Assembly (NCBI GenBank): GCA_964187785.1
Contig: OZ076409.1
Location: forward strand, 86,802,001 to 86,866,000
From: Amphiscolops sp. MND2022
Taxonomy: Eukaryota
Reading direction: 5' to 3'
DNA: 64,000 bases
Part shown: one piece after another, positions 23,001 to 36,220 of the stretch
Position numbering within the stretch: position 1 is the stretch's first letter
Layout: each line of letters begins with the position of its first letter
Notes under the pieces: model-generated
The model's database searches: none
Seen by the model: only the letters and a program-made list of their open reading frames with translations
Told to the model about the DNA's origin: nothing
Position numbers and translations under genes: made by a program

Positions 23001-26000
23001 TCTGGGTACCGACTCCAGAAAGTCCTGGCAACGGAAAGAACCTTCCCCGATACAGACACGAATCCTCAAAGAACAACAGGACCTAGCAAAATATAAAAAA
23101 TTGATCCAAACGAAAACGCAGTATCACGAACCAAATTTCTTTCAATGTTCAAATGGACTGACTCACTAATTACCGTTGAGGATCGTGAAAATCCAGAAAC
23201 TACAATGGTCAGTTTTAATGACATATTCGCAAGACCTAAGCTTGATATCGGCATGAACACACAACTCAAAGACAAGCTGACCCTAAAAAATGACAAACTT
23301 ATCGACACTCAAATTCTACCAGTGCCAATAAAAGTCAAAGAAGACTTCACAAGAGAATTAGCCCTAATTCATCGCTACAGAATCATCAGGACACTACACT
23401 TCTCTAAAAACGCAAGTCCCATTTTTGCATAACGGAAACACAACGGCACGCTGAGAGTACTGGTGGATTTGCGCAAGATCAACGCACTCATCGTAGACGA
23501 TTACATCAACAACAATCACACTGCAGCACCCTTTCAGATTCAGCTCAACATCTAGCTGGGAAGAAACTGTTTTGTAAACTCGAATGCTCCCAAGCCTATC
23601 ACTGCCTCCAGATGGCTGATCAGAGGTCAGTAGAACCATTTGCTTTCAATTTTGCTAGCAGGACGTTTGCGTATTGCAGTCTAGCCAAAGGACTCAGTAG
23701 GGCTTTGTCTGCCTTCTCAAGTGTTATGCGAGACATTCTGGACACAGTAATCAAAGCTGATCAGTCCGCTCAATGCGGAAACAACATTGGGTGGGATTGC
23801 CGCTAACACTACGGAACAACTGGTCAAAAACATTCGAGCAGTCTTCAAATGCATCAGGAAAGCAGGTTCAAAACTGACATTCGGAAAGTCGCATTTTGGA
23901 GTAACACAAGTTGAATTCCTCGGTAGACGAATCACACCCAACGGATTAGCACCGCATGATCACGAGCTAATAACCTCCTTGTTTAAGGTCCGTTTCCCGG
24001 AATCAAAGGAACAAGTACAAAACACGTTGGCTTTGTGAACTACTACAGAAATAACATATCACGACTCTCAGAAAAACTAATTGCTTTGAATGAACTTTTA
24101 AAAATTAAAGCCAAAATCACCATCGCAGAAGTGAATCACCAAAAACACCTCGACACTTTCAAAGAAATTACCGCTAGCCTAGCGGAAGCTTGTGAAGTCG
24201 CTCTACCACAACCAATAGCAGGTAAACAGTACGTCCTCATGACTGACGCAAATTGCAGAGCCTCAGCATATGGGCTTGTGATAGAAGAAAACGATGAACG
24301 GAACATCATATCAAAAAGAAAGACAATCGCCCAAGTAGCATTTTGATCATGTGTGTTTTCATTAGCACAACTGGAAAGGTCAGTATACTGCAAAGAATTT
24401 TTAGCAAAATAACTTTCCTTCCTCGAGTAGAGCCATATACTATGGGAAACAACAATACCAACACTAATGGTACTAATGTACAATAGATCAGTAACGAAAT
24501 TTTTTCAAACAAATCCCACACTTCCTCATCTGTGGAACGCCTGCGACGCTGTCCTACAGTTCAAGTTCCGTATCATGCACGTAGCAGGCTCCGAAAAAAC
24601 GGAAGCAGACTTCCAATCTCGACGGGAACTAACTTCCAAGAAAAGGTCCAACCAACTGAAATTACGGACCGACATTCTAACGTCACCAGTGGAAGTCAAC
24701 CTCAAATCAACAGACATTGTTGATGAAGAAGACCTTTTCTTGCTCCGAGATGAAGAAGAGGAACCAGAACATGAATTTTTTGCCAGAAAAGCGCTAATTA
24801 GACGTCGTGCCATAGAGGAAAAGGAACAAGAACTGTCAACCAAAGTAACCGACGTCAAAAAAGTACGATTTTATTCCGCAGTCTACTCGTTCCGAGCAAT
24901 CGAAGAAAGAATTGAACAAGATGCGTATCCCCTCATCAGCGACGTAACGACCAGACATTGCTATCTACCAACAATCACACTAACCGATAAAGGATCACAA
25001 TTCAGATCAGAAGGGGTCAACCACATACCAAAAACGCTCGATATACGTATAAGCCACGCAACAACCAAACATACACAAACAATTGGATTATTAGAACGCA
25101 TGCATGCCCCCTGATAAACTTCCACGAAAATCTCAACCGGAGAACGACGATCAATGTGGCATAATCACGCACAGATAGCAATCATGAACTACAATAAAAG
25201 CTACCACGAAGCTTAAGCAGCAAACCTACAACTGTGTTTCACGGACGCATTCCGTAAAACATCCTGGACATCAAGTTGAGACTTGAACCAAAATGGAAAT
25301 AAAACACCGACGAAGACTTAGCGGACGAATTACAGAAACAGAAAGCTGAAACACATCAATATGCCAATGACAACTTGATGCAGACCTACCTCAAGTACAA
25401 AAGTTACTACCACGGAAAAGTGACTGCTACTCCCATCAAAATAAATGACAACAGCTACGTCCTTAATCCGGAAACTTTGCTTTTCGAATGGACCTTACAT
25501 AGTCGTGAAAGTGCTATCAAACAACAACTATGTCCTATGTCGTACGAAGAACGGGCACAAAGTACACGCAAACCCTCCATAAAAATCGTCTAAGGTAAAT
25601 GCCTCCAATCAAGCAGTACCTGAAGTAACAGTCAGAGGGGAAGAATATCTTCCAGACCCAGAGGTTAAAACAACCCATGACGATTGGTACGCGCAAATTT
25701 GGGAAACCGAAATCGGAGAAGTTCTTTTGTGAAAGCCTACGAAGAACCCGTCAGAAGATGCCCCAATTACAGACAGAAGATGACGCTATTACATGACGAA
25801 AATGTAGTGGTTAAAACAATCACAGCTGAAAATCAAGATTACTGCAGATCTATCAGAGCTGAAAATCTGAAACATCCTCCGTCAAAAGCTCGTTGTTCAA
25901 TCTAGTTGTCCATGACAAGCCTTACATTCTGTCGCCACCGTCTATAGAAAGCCTTCCCAAAACACCAAAATTACCGCCTATAGTCGTTGTATTTAACCTC

Positions 26001-26111
26001 GAAAAAGTGGGAAGATATAAATTAATTCTTTATTCAAAACCTAACGCTAATCTTGACTTTCGATTGCTTGACTCAGTTACTACGGAGAATCAACGTCAAA
26101 CTCTTTGCTAA
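20073..26111 (+). mobile_element. Decayed Ty3/Gypsy LTR retrotransposon (partial 5' LTR, PBS, gag, PR, RT, RNase H, partial IN)
   Basis: LTR end ...CGTAACA at 20446; gag 'PVFDGKSE.FELF..YFHSILRGNALQ'; CCHC-like remnant; protease 'ALVDSGA' (~22250); RT 'LRVLVDLRKIN', 'VEFLGR'; RNase H 'YVLMTDA'; IN 'LTDKGSQF', 'IGLLERMH'. Confidence 0.88.
20447..20459 (+). promoter_or_regulatory. Primer-binding site TGGTGACAGGAGT (tRNA-Leu-like)
   Basis: Begins with TGG directly after the LTR-terminal CA; resembles the complement of a tRNA-Leu 3' end (TGGTGTCAGGAGT) with one mismatch. Confidence 0.6.
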
Positions 26112-26299
26112 TCAAAAACCAACAGTCAACCAAACTGAACCAGAGTGGCTACGTTGATTTCCGTTTTTCTCCTTAGATAATACAGAGCAAATAGGTGATA
26201 AACAACAATTCAAAAATTCTACAACTCATCAAAACACAAGCTGACTAAAAACAACTATTTACAATAAGTTCCAACAACAAGGGATAAACAGAACTATCT

Positions 26300-29200
26300 C
26301 ACACAATGACCACGTCAAAGTCATCACTCTTTTTCGATTTCTGCTTCTTCTTCGATGTACCCGACTTCCTTGTGGTTACACCTTTACTATCACTTCCTCC
26401 TTCGCAAAACCTTTACTCGAAGCACTTTTTGATGTCCCAGTAACATCATCCTGCTTTTCCAACACTCGATTAACGGAACTCCCAGAGGCAGCATCCCCAC
26501 GACCACGCTCCATCTGCGACTGACGATTGACCTTGTTACATCTGGTGTAATAACTCTCGCAAGCTTAACGGCGCTCAAGCAACAGTTTATGGTATGCAGT
26601 ACAAAGTCGGTACGCCAATGCATCGAGAAGAAAACCACAGAAATTGCTCCATACATCAAAGTCGGGTGTCACAAAGTCCCAGCATTAACGACTTCGTTCC
26701 GCACTGCTTCCAAAGTCTGTGCCAAGAAAAATGTCTGATTTGAAAATCCAGCTCACGGCACATAGGTTTGTACCAAACGACGACACAAATCAAAAGCTCC
26801 AGCACTACAATTCAAGTCAATAGTAACTGCAGGAGACATTTTTCGCTGTAAAGCAACGACGAGACAACAGAGTTTAAAAATCCGGAAAAAGTGACGACGA
26901 GCTTGCAATCTAAAATCCCGTAATAAAAAACTAATGACATTGGGAATATCACTAGCCATGCGATCAGCAATTGATTGTTGTCTTCGTTTCTCTACACCAT
27001 ACCTGGTGTGCTCTTCATTTGCTGTCTTCGATTCATCACACGTCACGATTCCGCCCACCTCCAACATTTTGCAAAGATCCGAAAACAGACTGAAGCTGAT
27101 ATAATCATCGCCATCAAGCATGATCTCAGGACAAAAACTGTAAAAACATCTTGATACACCAGACTTTACGCACACGCTCTCCACAAAAAGAATGGCCAAG
27201 CGATTTATAAAATCCCGACACAAGACTTGGAAATCACGCATCTCACTCGTCTTGCCAGCTGCTAACTGTTATCCATAATCGCAATTGATTAAAAATCTTT
27301 CCTCTGGAATATCAGAAAAAGCAGTTATTTTGGACACATTTATGTACTCTTCCCACTCCATTATCCCGGGAGGCACCGCACAGTCCTTCGTTTTAAGGAG
27401 CAAGCAATACACGAAACTACAGAGTTTGCCATAACTGTAGAACTCGGGGTCTGAGCGGCCTTGGAACAACTCGTCGAATTTGATGTGGACTAAAACACCA
27501 TTATATTACGCGACGTCACAACAACGACAAACGGCACAACTACAGAAGACAAACAAACAAGCAGTATCAGGCAAATAAGAGAACAATCAGCCACAAAACG
27601 AATATCAAACGTAACTACAAAACCACAGTCACACGTGTCAAGCATCAAGCGGAACAAGCTCAGGTGGTACATTACCAAATTGTCGGCCGAGATAAACCAG
27701 TATGTCCCTCTCATCTGTATTGTTATACAAAGAAAAGTGGGAGAAAAGACGAAATTTAGAACAAAACTAAAGAAAAAACAAAAAGAATGACTAACACTGT
27801 AGACTCGCTCTTTTACGTACGGAAGCGCAGTACATCTGACGAAGGGACGGATCGAAGGCCAAAGCTCACCCAATACTTCACGAAGCTCGACAAATTCTAT
27901 TGATCTTTATACGATACAGCGTCGTAACAACACTTTGTCTTCCGTCCGGTCCACGTATACTTCAGCCCTCAAGCGATGAATAATGAAGTCAACAAAAATA
28001 GACACCTCTAACATGCCGAAAACACCCTGATGAGCCTGCTGAAAGCACTGCAAAGAACATATTCGTCAAGTTGCTGAGTAACAACGAGCTGCCGACGATC
28101 CTCTCGTTTCTCACTTAACCCACGTAACAGCAACGGGCCAATACCACTCATAAATAATTGCAACTGATGACTCTCTAAGCGTTGCACGATATGACCCCTT
28201 GAAAGCAATTCTGAATCAAGTACCGATTGTTCCATCGACACAGTTCATTTGAGTTGATCCCTCTCCCAGTATACAACGAAACAGTACTCTGTCAACCCTT
28301 CTTCCTCGTACTGTAAACTGTAGGCTTTAAAGCTGCCAATACTGTTCAATACCAGAAATAGCACCCACGGAGGTAGCCCCTGACACAAAAACGACTGAGA
28401 CAAAAACATGTCTACACACCATCACAGGCTAACATCATTTAGGCGTGAAATTACCACGGACACAATAAAAAACAGAGCAGAAATTAAAACTAAAACAAAC
28501 ACAACATACCACAGTCTCCGAACGGCTTCAACTCACAGAAAACTCAGTTTGAAGGTCACCCAACGATGAAACAAAGTGCCCCGCAATAGGCGTAACAGCG
28601 TAAATTCTCTTCACTCCGACGAAAATCGCATTAGCGGGCTACCAGAGTAATAAACGGAACCCTAGACGGGGCTTGGGAATGCCTGGGCAACAGATTTTTA
28701 GGGAAAGGAAACTAACCATTTGCTACCAAAATGACTGACAAACTCAGTCGCCTGTGTGATTCTAAACATACATCACGACAACAAATGCGACAGATAAAAT
28801 ACTTAGCTAGGCCACACTCTGCTCCAGTTACAAAGTCTTTGTACACCGCTCTTATGGTCAACATACGTCTCTCCAGGAGAATACGATTACTATATTTTCG
28901 GGGTTTGGGGTTGCCTTCACACTCCTCAATGTTTCCAGCCATTTTGGGAAGTCCTATAATACACAAAATTGATCCCTAAAACACCAAACGGACACATAAT
29001 GGAAACAAAGAAATACACATACTTACCAGTCTTGATGGAGTGACAAGTCCGATCTTCAACCTCGTCAATCACACGTCGACTCCACTCATCCATGTCCTGT
29101 TGAGTCATCAAAAACCCACGAACAGCAGACACAACACCATCTTCCTGACATATACAAACACAGAATACAACACCCACGCCAAGCGTATAGGCAATATAAA

Positions 29201-29986
29201 GAAAAACAACAACTAACTACTCCAACCGCCTTGAATAACATTCCGTGCAGAGTGCAACTGAGTATCCTTCCGTCGTTTACTCAGATTTTCAAGTGACACC
29301 GACATTTATGATAGTACCAGCACCAGCACCTATGCAGTAATGCGACAAACTAATGATTGCAAAATAACTAGAAACATTTCGTAGGAACCCGAGAAATCAA
29401 TTAACGCACCAACCTTCTTCGACTCCAGAGACAGCAACTGCCTCTTCTTCATGAGGCTCCTTCACACCAAGTTCAATAGGGGATGCTCCGGGTGCGGGAC
29501 AAAAGTTGACAGAACCGGATTCATCAATGCTAAGCGGCCCCACAATCGTGGACAACACAAGAGAAATAAGAGGCACTGCGTCAGCAGAAGACGAAGGGTT
29601 GACGTTCGTGCCAGTGTTAGAAACAACAGTATTGCCAGGTTGAGTCATTGAAAATAAAGATTCGATTCAGACGCGTCAGGTAATCGGGTAAGACTAAAAG
29701 GCTGATCACCAAAACAATAGTCCAATTGCCAATGGAAGTCAAAAAGTTTTTTACCAACCGGAAGTGGCACTCACAATATCTGTCTCCGAAAGAAACACAT
29801 CTGCATCGGAATACCCATACACTGTCTCATTGCCATTAACAAACCCAGTAACAGCAGCTGGGGTAGAAGATCGGGAGGATCGGAGTTCTCATCAATTCTT
29901 CAATTAACAGAGAAGTCTACAACGCAATCTAAGAAGAAAAGAGAATCAGAAAAGGAGAAAACAAAAGAAAACTTACCAGAAACCAT
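26300..29986 (-). pseudogene. Decayed spliced gene with BED-like Zn finger and possibly hAT-transposase-like C-terminal region
   Basis: ATG at 29986 followed by a 48-nt GTAAGT...TTAG intron (29976-29929); a second GTAAGT...TTTTAG intron near 29026-28976; 'FICRICCRDVCLESH/ATEFVSHFGSK' (~28795-28720); helical segment 26753-27241; basic tail 'RKSGTSKKKQKSKK..VVIV*' at ~26300. Confidence 0.5.
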
Positions 29987-30029
29987 CCTCAAATAAAGAC
30001 ATCAAGTGGACGTAATCCCTTCGGAAAAA

Positions 30030-30130
30030 ATTGATGACGTCATAATGACGTAGCTGACTAAAAAACGAAGAATGAAACAGATGATTTTTTCTTTCATGTT
30101 TCGGCCAATCACAGCGCAGACAGAAGCAAG
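30030..30130. promoter_or_regulatory. Candidate bidirectional promoter (CRE-like and CCAAT motifs)
   Basis: TGACGTCA and TGACGTAG at ~30035-30052 and GGCCAATCA at ~30103, between divergent starts at 29986 (-) and 30318 (+). Confidence 0.35.
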
Positions 30131-30317
30131 ACGCTTTTTAAAAGTTAAAGCGGACAAAAACGAGGGAAGGAAATCAAGCAATAGAAATGAAGTAGAAATT
30201 ACGAAAAGGAAAAATCAAACGCTCATTTGTCGTCTAAATTGTAAAGGAACCAACTTGACCAGCTAAAACTTCTTGCCGAAGAAACTTTTCTTCCACGAAA
30301 CTGAAAAAATCACAAAA

Positions 30318-31043
30318 ATGGGCAGTTTTTCCAACTACTCCATCGGTGACATTTCGTCCGACGGAAACGAGATCACAGTGCAACAGAGCACCTCGATGAA
30401 ATGTAATAGAAGCCCTAAACCTCAGCGGAAAGTCTACGAAGGCCGCGCAAGGGAGTATTAAAAGCCCAGACGACACAGCATCCACCGTCGAATCTGGAAG
30501 ATCCACGCGAAAATTCGGGGTAGATATTTCCCTGAAAACATTGCCCCCAACGCAAAAAGTGAAGAATTCATAGTTGAAGGACATGCTGCCGCTGATTCGG
30601 AAAGTAATTTTTTGGAGGAAACGGATTCAACGCGTCAGCTGCCACCCCTACAGTCTTCCCCCACATTAAAAGATATAACAAATGTGAGCCTTACTAGCCA
30701 CGAACCACTCACGGAGTTTGACAGATTTAACGATCTGGACGAATCACCTTTTTCCGAAATAGAAGAACCTTGGGGAATTAATTTGAGGAATTCAACTGAA
30801 CTATACGCATTAGCAGGACGTGGAAGCAGTTTTTCATCAACACGTGGGCAGGGGCCCCGCAAACAGCCCGTGACAATAGCCAAGGAATTCCTCACTGCAA
30901 TGGGCTACCGGCGTTAGGACCGAGAAGCGCCACGTCACGATCCGCTACCGGCCGTGATTTTTCCTATTGTGCTGGAACCCCAAAGGTCACAAGAGGATTT
31001 GGCCATGGCTATGGCAAGTATTGTTAAAACCATAGACATTTAA
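30318..31043 (+). pseudogene. Low-complexity S/P/E-rich ORF remnant, unknown function
   Basis: Starts AAAAATGG; fragments 30273-30461 and 30612-30917 look like one broken ORF; no recognisable domain. Confidence 0.3.
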
Positions 31044-31541
31044 TCTAATTCTACTGAGAGTACAGCTAAGCAATTTGTAGATACTTTTTCTGAGAAACAA
31101 ATTTTACGGAAGCGTCACGGAATTATTTCAAACATCTTTGGAACTTGTTTGATCTATGAAAAACTTCCCGTCTAACATTTTTTGCGTGATCATTTTTATT
31201 TCAGGTTTGTCTTCTGAGATTCACATACTAATCTAAATAGCAAAACAGAGACAAAAGCCGCAACGGAAATTTAGTTTATTTCCACCTTGAAAGGAAACAT
31301 TATAGACAGGATTTAACTCCGCGATTCCAACGGAGTTGATACAATCTAAAATGAAACGGACAATTAGTGTAGTGGATTGTTTTCCAGTTTTAATGTAGTT
31401 GTCAGAATTCACTCAAATTACAGTCAAGAAATTCAAGAGAATAATTACAACGTCATGACAGCGTCACTCAGCTAAGCTATTAACCGGTTTTTCTATTTTT
31501 ACGGAACAATAGCGTTACCCTTAGGCTGAGTTATTTGCGCT

Positions 31542-32110
31542 CATTACGATACATATGCCGCAAAAGTGGAATTTATCATCAAGTGTAAAGTGTATTTTCC
31601 GTAAAACGGGAACGAACCGTATTCTAGTCAATCAGTGCAATGTGTTCATCGTGAATTTTGATGCACAGTTAATCAGAAATTGCGGATTTTGGCCATTGAG
31701 CGTAACTAGAGAAAAGTGGAAACCAGTCAAGAATTTCAACCTACAATTGGCTCAATTCCGTAACGTGTATAAAGCGTAAATTAGTCAATGTTTGACTAGA
31801 ATTCACTTTTCGAGTACTTAGAGCTATCTACCTTGTAAACTAGTCAATGTTTAACTAGAATCCACTTTTCGAGCACTTAGAGCTATCTACCACGTAAATT
31901 AGTCATTGTTTGACTAGAATCCACTTTTCGAGTACTTAGAAATACCATTCATTGTAAAAGGGGAAAGTGATCAAAGTTTGACTACTTTACACCAAAAGAA
32001 ACGATTCATCGTATTGCTTTCTTATTTAACAAAAACGCTTCACATTGTAATTGCAGTCGGTAATTAGGTTGACTTTCCACACTATTCACTTTGACTGGTT
32101 TACATGTACA
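31542..32110. mobile_element. Second, partial, inverted copy of the TIR element found at 12389-14297
   Basis: Begins cattacgatacatatgccgcaaaa..ttatcatcaagtgta, matching the reverse complement of 14221-14297; contains three ~60-bp internal tandem repeats (31778-31940). Confidence 0.7.
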
Positions 32111-33166
32111 CTAATTTGACTAATTTATATAATTACATGGGTGAATTCACATGTCTTATGCTAAGACCAAAAAAATGGCTTCTTGTGTCGTCCTTAGCTG
32201 AGAATACAAGAATGAACGCCTATGCTCTCCGCATGCTCTCCGTCGGTTGCTGTTCAGCTATGCTCAATCTTAAAATTTACGTTGACGTTAAGGAGCGAAT
32301 TGTAAAATTGTAGCTATAGAACAGAAATTCAAGCTCGTTTTAAACGGGATGTCCTCGAGAAATGATGCATTAAGAGATCTTAAATATTAATATTCAGTAT
32401 GTCTAAAGCTTTACTGTAAAGAAGGATTATGAAAATATGTTTGTATCCCTAATGATTTGGATTCATGTCACAAAACGACAATGACGTTACGTTGAACACA
32501 ACAGTTTCTTGGAGAATGGACTTGTTTGACTCACCATGTCATTGTATTATGTACCAGTAAAAGATCAAAGGTGTAACATGAGATCAACGTGGATTCATGC
32601 TTTATACTGGTAACAGAAATCATAGCTTGTGATAGCAAGTCAACAACATGCCTGTGGTAATTTCATATTTTTACTCAAACTAACCCATTACGGTTGTCGT
32701 GCGAAATGTTTGAACCACCTTTAATCAATTATCATGAGAATGGTAATTTAACCACATGTTTGTGCCCCTGTACTTATAATCGTTTTTGTTTTGTACCTAA
32801 TACCAAAAAAGTTGCTAGTTCCCGTTAAAGCCTCGTTCAGGTCAATTTTTGTTTACTACTTATGAACCTAATGTAATCGGCCATTAATAGGCAATTCACT
32901 CATTCAATTTTAAAACATCTTTCGGGCATCGTTTCTTCCTTTTTACCAGTATTCAAATATCTTTGATGTTTTCAAAATCAATTACTTCGTTTCAGTTTCG
33001 TAGTCATTTTTTCGTGACATACTTTTGTCTTGAGCTTCAAAATCCCCAACTTGGAAAGTGACTAATTGATCTTTGTCGATTAGAAAATGGAGGAGACTTT
33101 TATTTTGCCGCCGTTTCAAGTCTAAACAGGAAATGGACTAGCATGAAAACAAATGATTTCAATAAT

Positions 33167-33830
33167 TGTTACGGAAAAGTAACGGAACTAGGAATTTCGA
33201 TAATTGATTTTTTGACGCGGGACTGAAATGATTTCAAATATTAAGCATTTTTACTGAACAAACCCAATTTCCATGTTACCTATGAATTTTTAGGTGAGGA
33301 ACGAAAGATGGCGAAAAAGTATATATATGCAGAGCTGACATGTGAATTTTAGTTAGTCTGTTTTTTGTTTTCGAAATCGCATTCTTTGTTGACTTAACGT
33401 TGCAAAATCAAAATTCTTCAAAGAATTCATTTTTACCGAAGATTTCATTTTTGATCATCCTAAAAATGACAACTAGAAGCCAGAAAAAAAACTGGAACTA
33501 AGCTAACTTCAAGAGAATTTGAAGTCTCACAAGTTGAGAATAACCGAGCTGAGAACAGCGTAGCCAGTACAAGTAAATCGCCTAAAATCCATTCGAGAAG
33601 TTAGACGAGATTAAAACGTCCCTGAGAAATGAGATTATGTCTGTTCTAACTAAGATCTTAGTTGAAAACCAAAAAGAGATGTTAAAGCCCCAGCTGTTAA
33701 AAACCTGTAATTCTCCAAAACCTGGAAAACATAGATTCTGAACATGAAAAGGATTTCCACAATAAAACTTCAACTCCAATAAATGCAAAAGCGACTACTT
33801 ACAAAGCTACACCGGTAAAGATTCGTAACA
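33167..33830 (+). mobile_element. Solo Gypsy LTR (same family as 20073-20446)
   Basis: Perfect TGTTACG...CGTAACA ends, internal TATATATA, 3' half homologous to 20073-20446; no PBS follows. Confidence 0.8.
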
Positions 33831-34997
33831 GCTGCTTTCAAATTTAGAACGGCGTCCTAATGAAACCCGCAAAACTTTGCGTCACACACTTGCCGCCGTA
33901 TTTAGGATGCTTTTTATAAGCAGCTTGATGAATTTAAATGGAATCAGTTTTAATGAATGGAGGTTTGTTTGAGAACGTTATGAAATCGTGGAAAATTAGC
34001 TTGGTAGCCGATAAAAGCGTTTAAAATGTTCAAGCCCTTTCAACCAATGTTTACACCCTATATACCCTCTCCGTCGGTCGCTGTTCAGCTATGCTCAACC
34101 TTAAGATTCACGTTGACGTTAGGGAGCGAATTGTAAAATTGTAGCTAAAGAACGGAATTTCAAGCAAGTTTCAAACGGGATTTCAAGGAGAAATGATGCA
34201 TTAATAGATCTTTAATATTAATATTTAGTATGTCTAAAGCTGTACTGTAAGGAAGGATTATGAAAATATGTTTGTAACCCTCATGATTTGGATTCATGTC
34301 ACAAAAACATGTTGATGTTACGTTGAACACGACAGTTTCTCTGAGAATGGACTTGTTTGACTCACCATGTCATTGTATTATGTCCTAGTAATAGACCTAA
34401 GGTGTAACGTGAGATCAACGTGGATTCATGTTTTATACTGATAACAGAATTCATAGCTTGTGATAGCAAGTCAACAACATTCCAGTGGTAATTTCATGTT
34501 TATACTCAAACTAACCCATTACGGCTGTCGTGCGAAATGTTTGAACCAACTTTAATCAATTATCATGAGAATGGTGTTCTATCCTCATGTTTATGCTTCT
34601 TTACTTAAAATCGTTTATGTTTTGTACCTAATATCAAATTGTTGCTATTTTCCTTCAAAGCCTCGTTTGGGGCAAAATTGTGTTTAGTATTCATGAACGT
34701 AAAGTAATCGGCCATTAATACGCAATTCACTCATTCAATTTTAAAATATCTTTCCAGCATCGTTCGTACTTTTTCACAAGTATTCAAATATCTTTGATGT
34801 TTTCAAAATAATTTAATCCGTTTCTGTTTCGTAGTCATTTTTTCGTGACAAACTTTTGTCTTGAGCTTTAATTTCCCCAACTTGGAAATTGACTAATTGA
34901 TCTTCGTCGATTAAAATATGGAGTAGAGTTTTATTTTGCCGCCGTTTCAAGTCTAAACAGGAAATGCACTAGCATGAAAACAAATGATTTCAACAAA

Positions 34998-35669
34998 TGT
35001 TACGGGAAAGTGATGAAACTGGGAATTTCGATTCCTGATTTTTTGACGCGGGACTGGAATGATTTCAAATAATAGAGATTTCTTGTGAACAAACCCGATT
35101 TTCATGATACCTAGGAAATTTTAGGTGAGGAACGAATGATGGCGAGAAAGTATATATATGTAGTGCTGACATGTTAATTTTAGTTAGTCTGTTTTTTGTT
35201 TTCGAAATTGCATTCTCTGTTGACTTAACGTAGCAAAATCATATTTTCTTCGAAGAATTCATTTTCACCGAAGATTTCAATTTTGATTCTCTTAAAACTG
35301 ACAACTGAAAGCCAGAAAAAAAACTGGAGCTGAGCTAGCCTCAGGGGAATTTGAAGTTTCATAAGTTGAGATTAACCAGGCTGAGAACAGCGTAGCCAGT
35401 ACAAGTAAATCGCCTAAAATCCAATTTGAGAAGTTAGACGAGGTTAAAACGTCCCTGAGAAATGAGATCATGTCTGGTTTAACTAAGATCTTAGTTGAGA
35501 ACCAAAAAGAATGTTGAAGCTAATAGCCCCAGCTGTTAAAAACCTGTAACTCTCCAAAACTTGGAAAACTTAGATTGTGAAATTGAAAATGTTTTCCCCA
35601 ATACAACTTCAACTCCAATAAAAGCAAAAGCGACTACTTCCAAAACTAAACCGATAAATAGTCGTAACA
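34998..35669 (+). mobile_element. Solo Gypsy LTR, duplicated copy
   Basis: TGTTACG...CGTAACA ends; same flanking context as 33167-33830. Confidence 0.8.
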
Positions 35670-36020
35670 GCTGCTTTCAAAATTAGAACGGCGTCCTAAT
35701 GAAACTCGCAAAACTTTGCAGCGCACACTTGCCGCCGTATTTAGGATGCATTTTATAGGCAGCTTGATGCAATTAAATTGAATCAGTTTTAATGCATAGA
35801 CGTTTTCTTGAGAGTTATATAAAATCATGGAAAATTAGCTTGGTAACCGACAATAACTTTTAAAAAGTTCAAGCACTTTCAACCAGTGTATAGACCCTAT
35901 GGAACTTTAGCAAACGGAGGAATTTTTATTTGAAGTCAACGATAAGTTCTCCATTCTTTTACAAATAGTCATTAAATCATCAAGAAATTCTGCTATTCAA
36001 TACCCGACCGGATTAACGCT

Positions 36021-36220
36021 NNNNNNNNNNNNNNNNNNNNNNNNNNNNNNNNNNNNNNNNNNNNNNNNNNNNNNNNNNNNNNNNNNNNNNNNNNNNNNNN
36101 NNNNNNNNNNNNNNNNNNNNNNNNNNNNNNNNNNNNNNNNNNNNNNNNNNNNNNNNNNNNNNNNNNNNNNNNNNNNNNNNNNNNNNNNNNNNNNNNNNNN
36201 NNNNNNNNNNNNNNNNNNNN
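36021..36220. other. Assembly gap (200 N)
   Basis: Run of N. Confidence 1.

Larger units (their letters stand above)
32219..35900. repeat. Diverged tandem duplication, two ~1.84-kb units
   Basis: 'ctctccgtcgg..gctgttcagctatgctcaa' at ~32236 and ~34066; colinear throughout, with many substitutions. Confidence 0.92.

Noticed and set aside
33167..33830. This LTR as the 3' LTR of the Gypsy element starting at 20073
   Set aside because: No polypurine tract precedes it, it lies within a separate duplicated unit, and no TSD can be tested because the 5' LTR is truncated; left unresolved.
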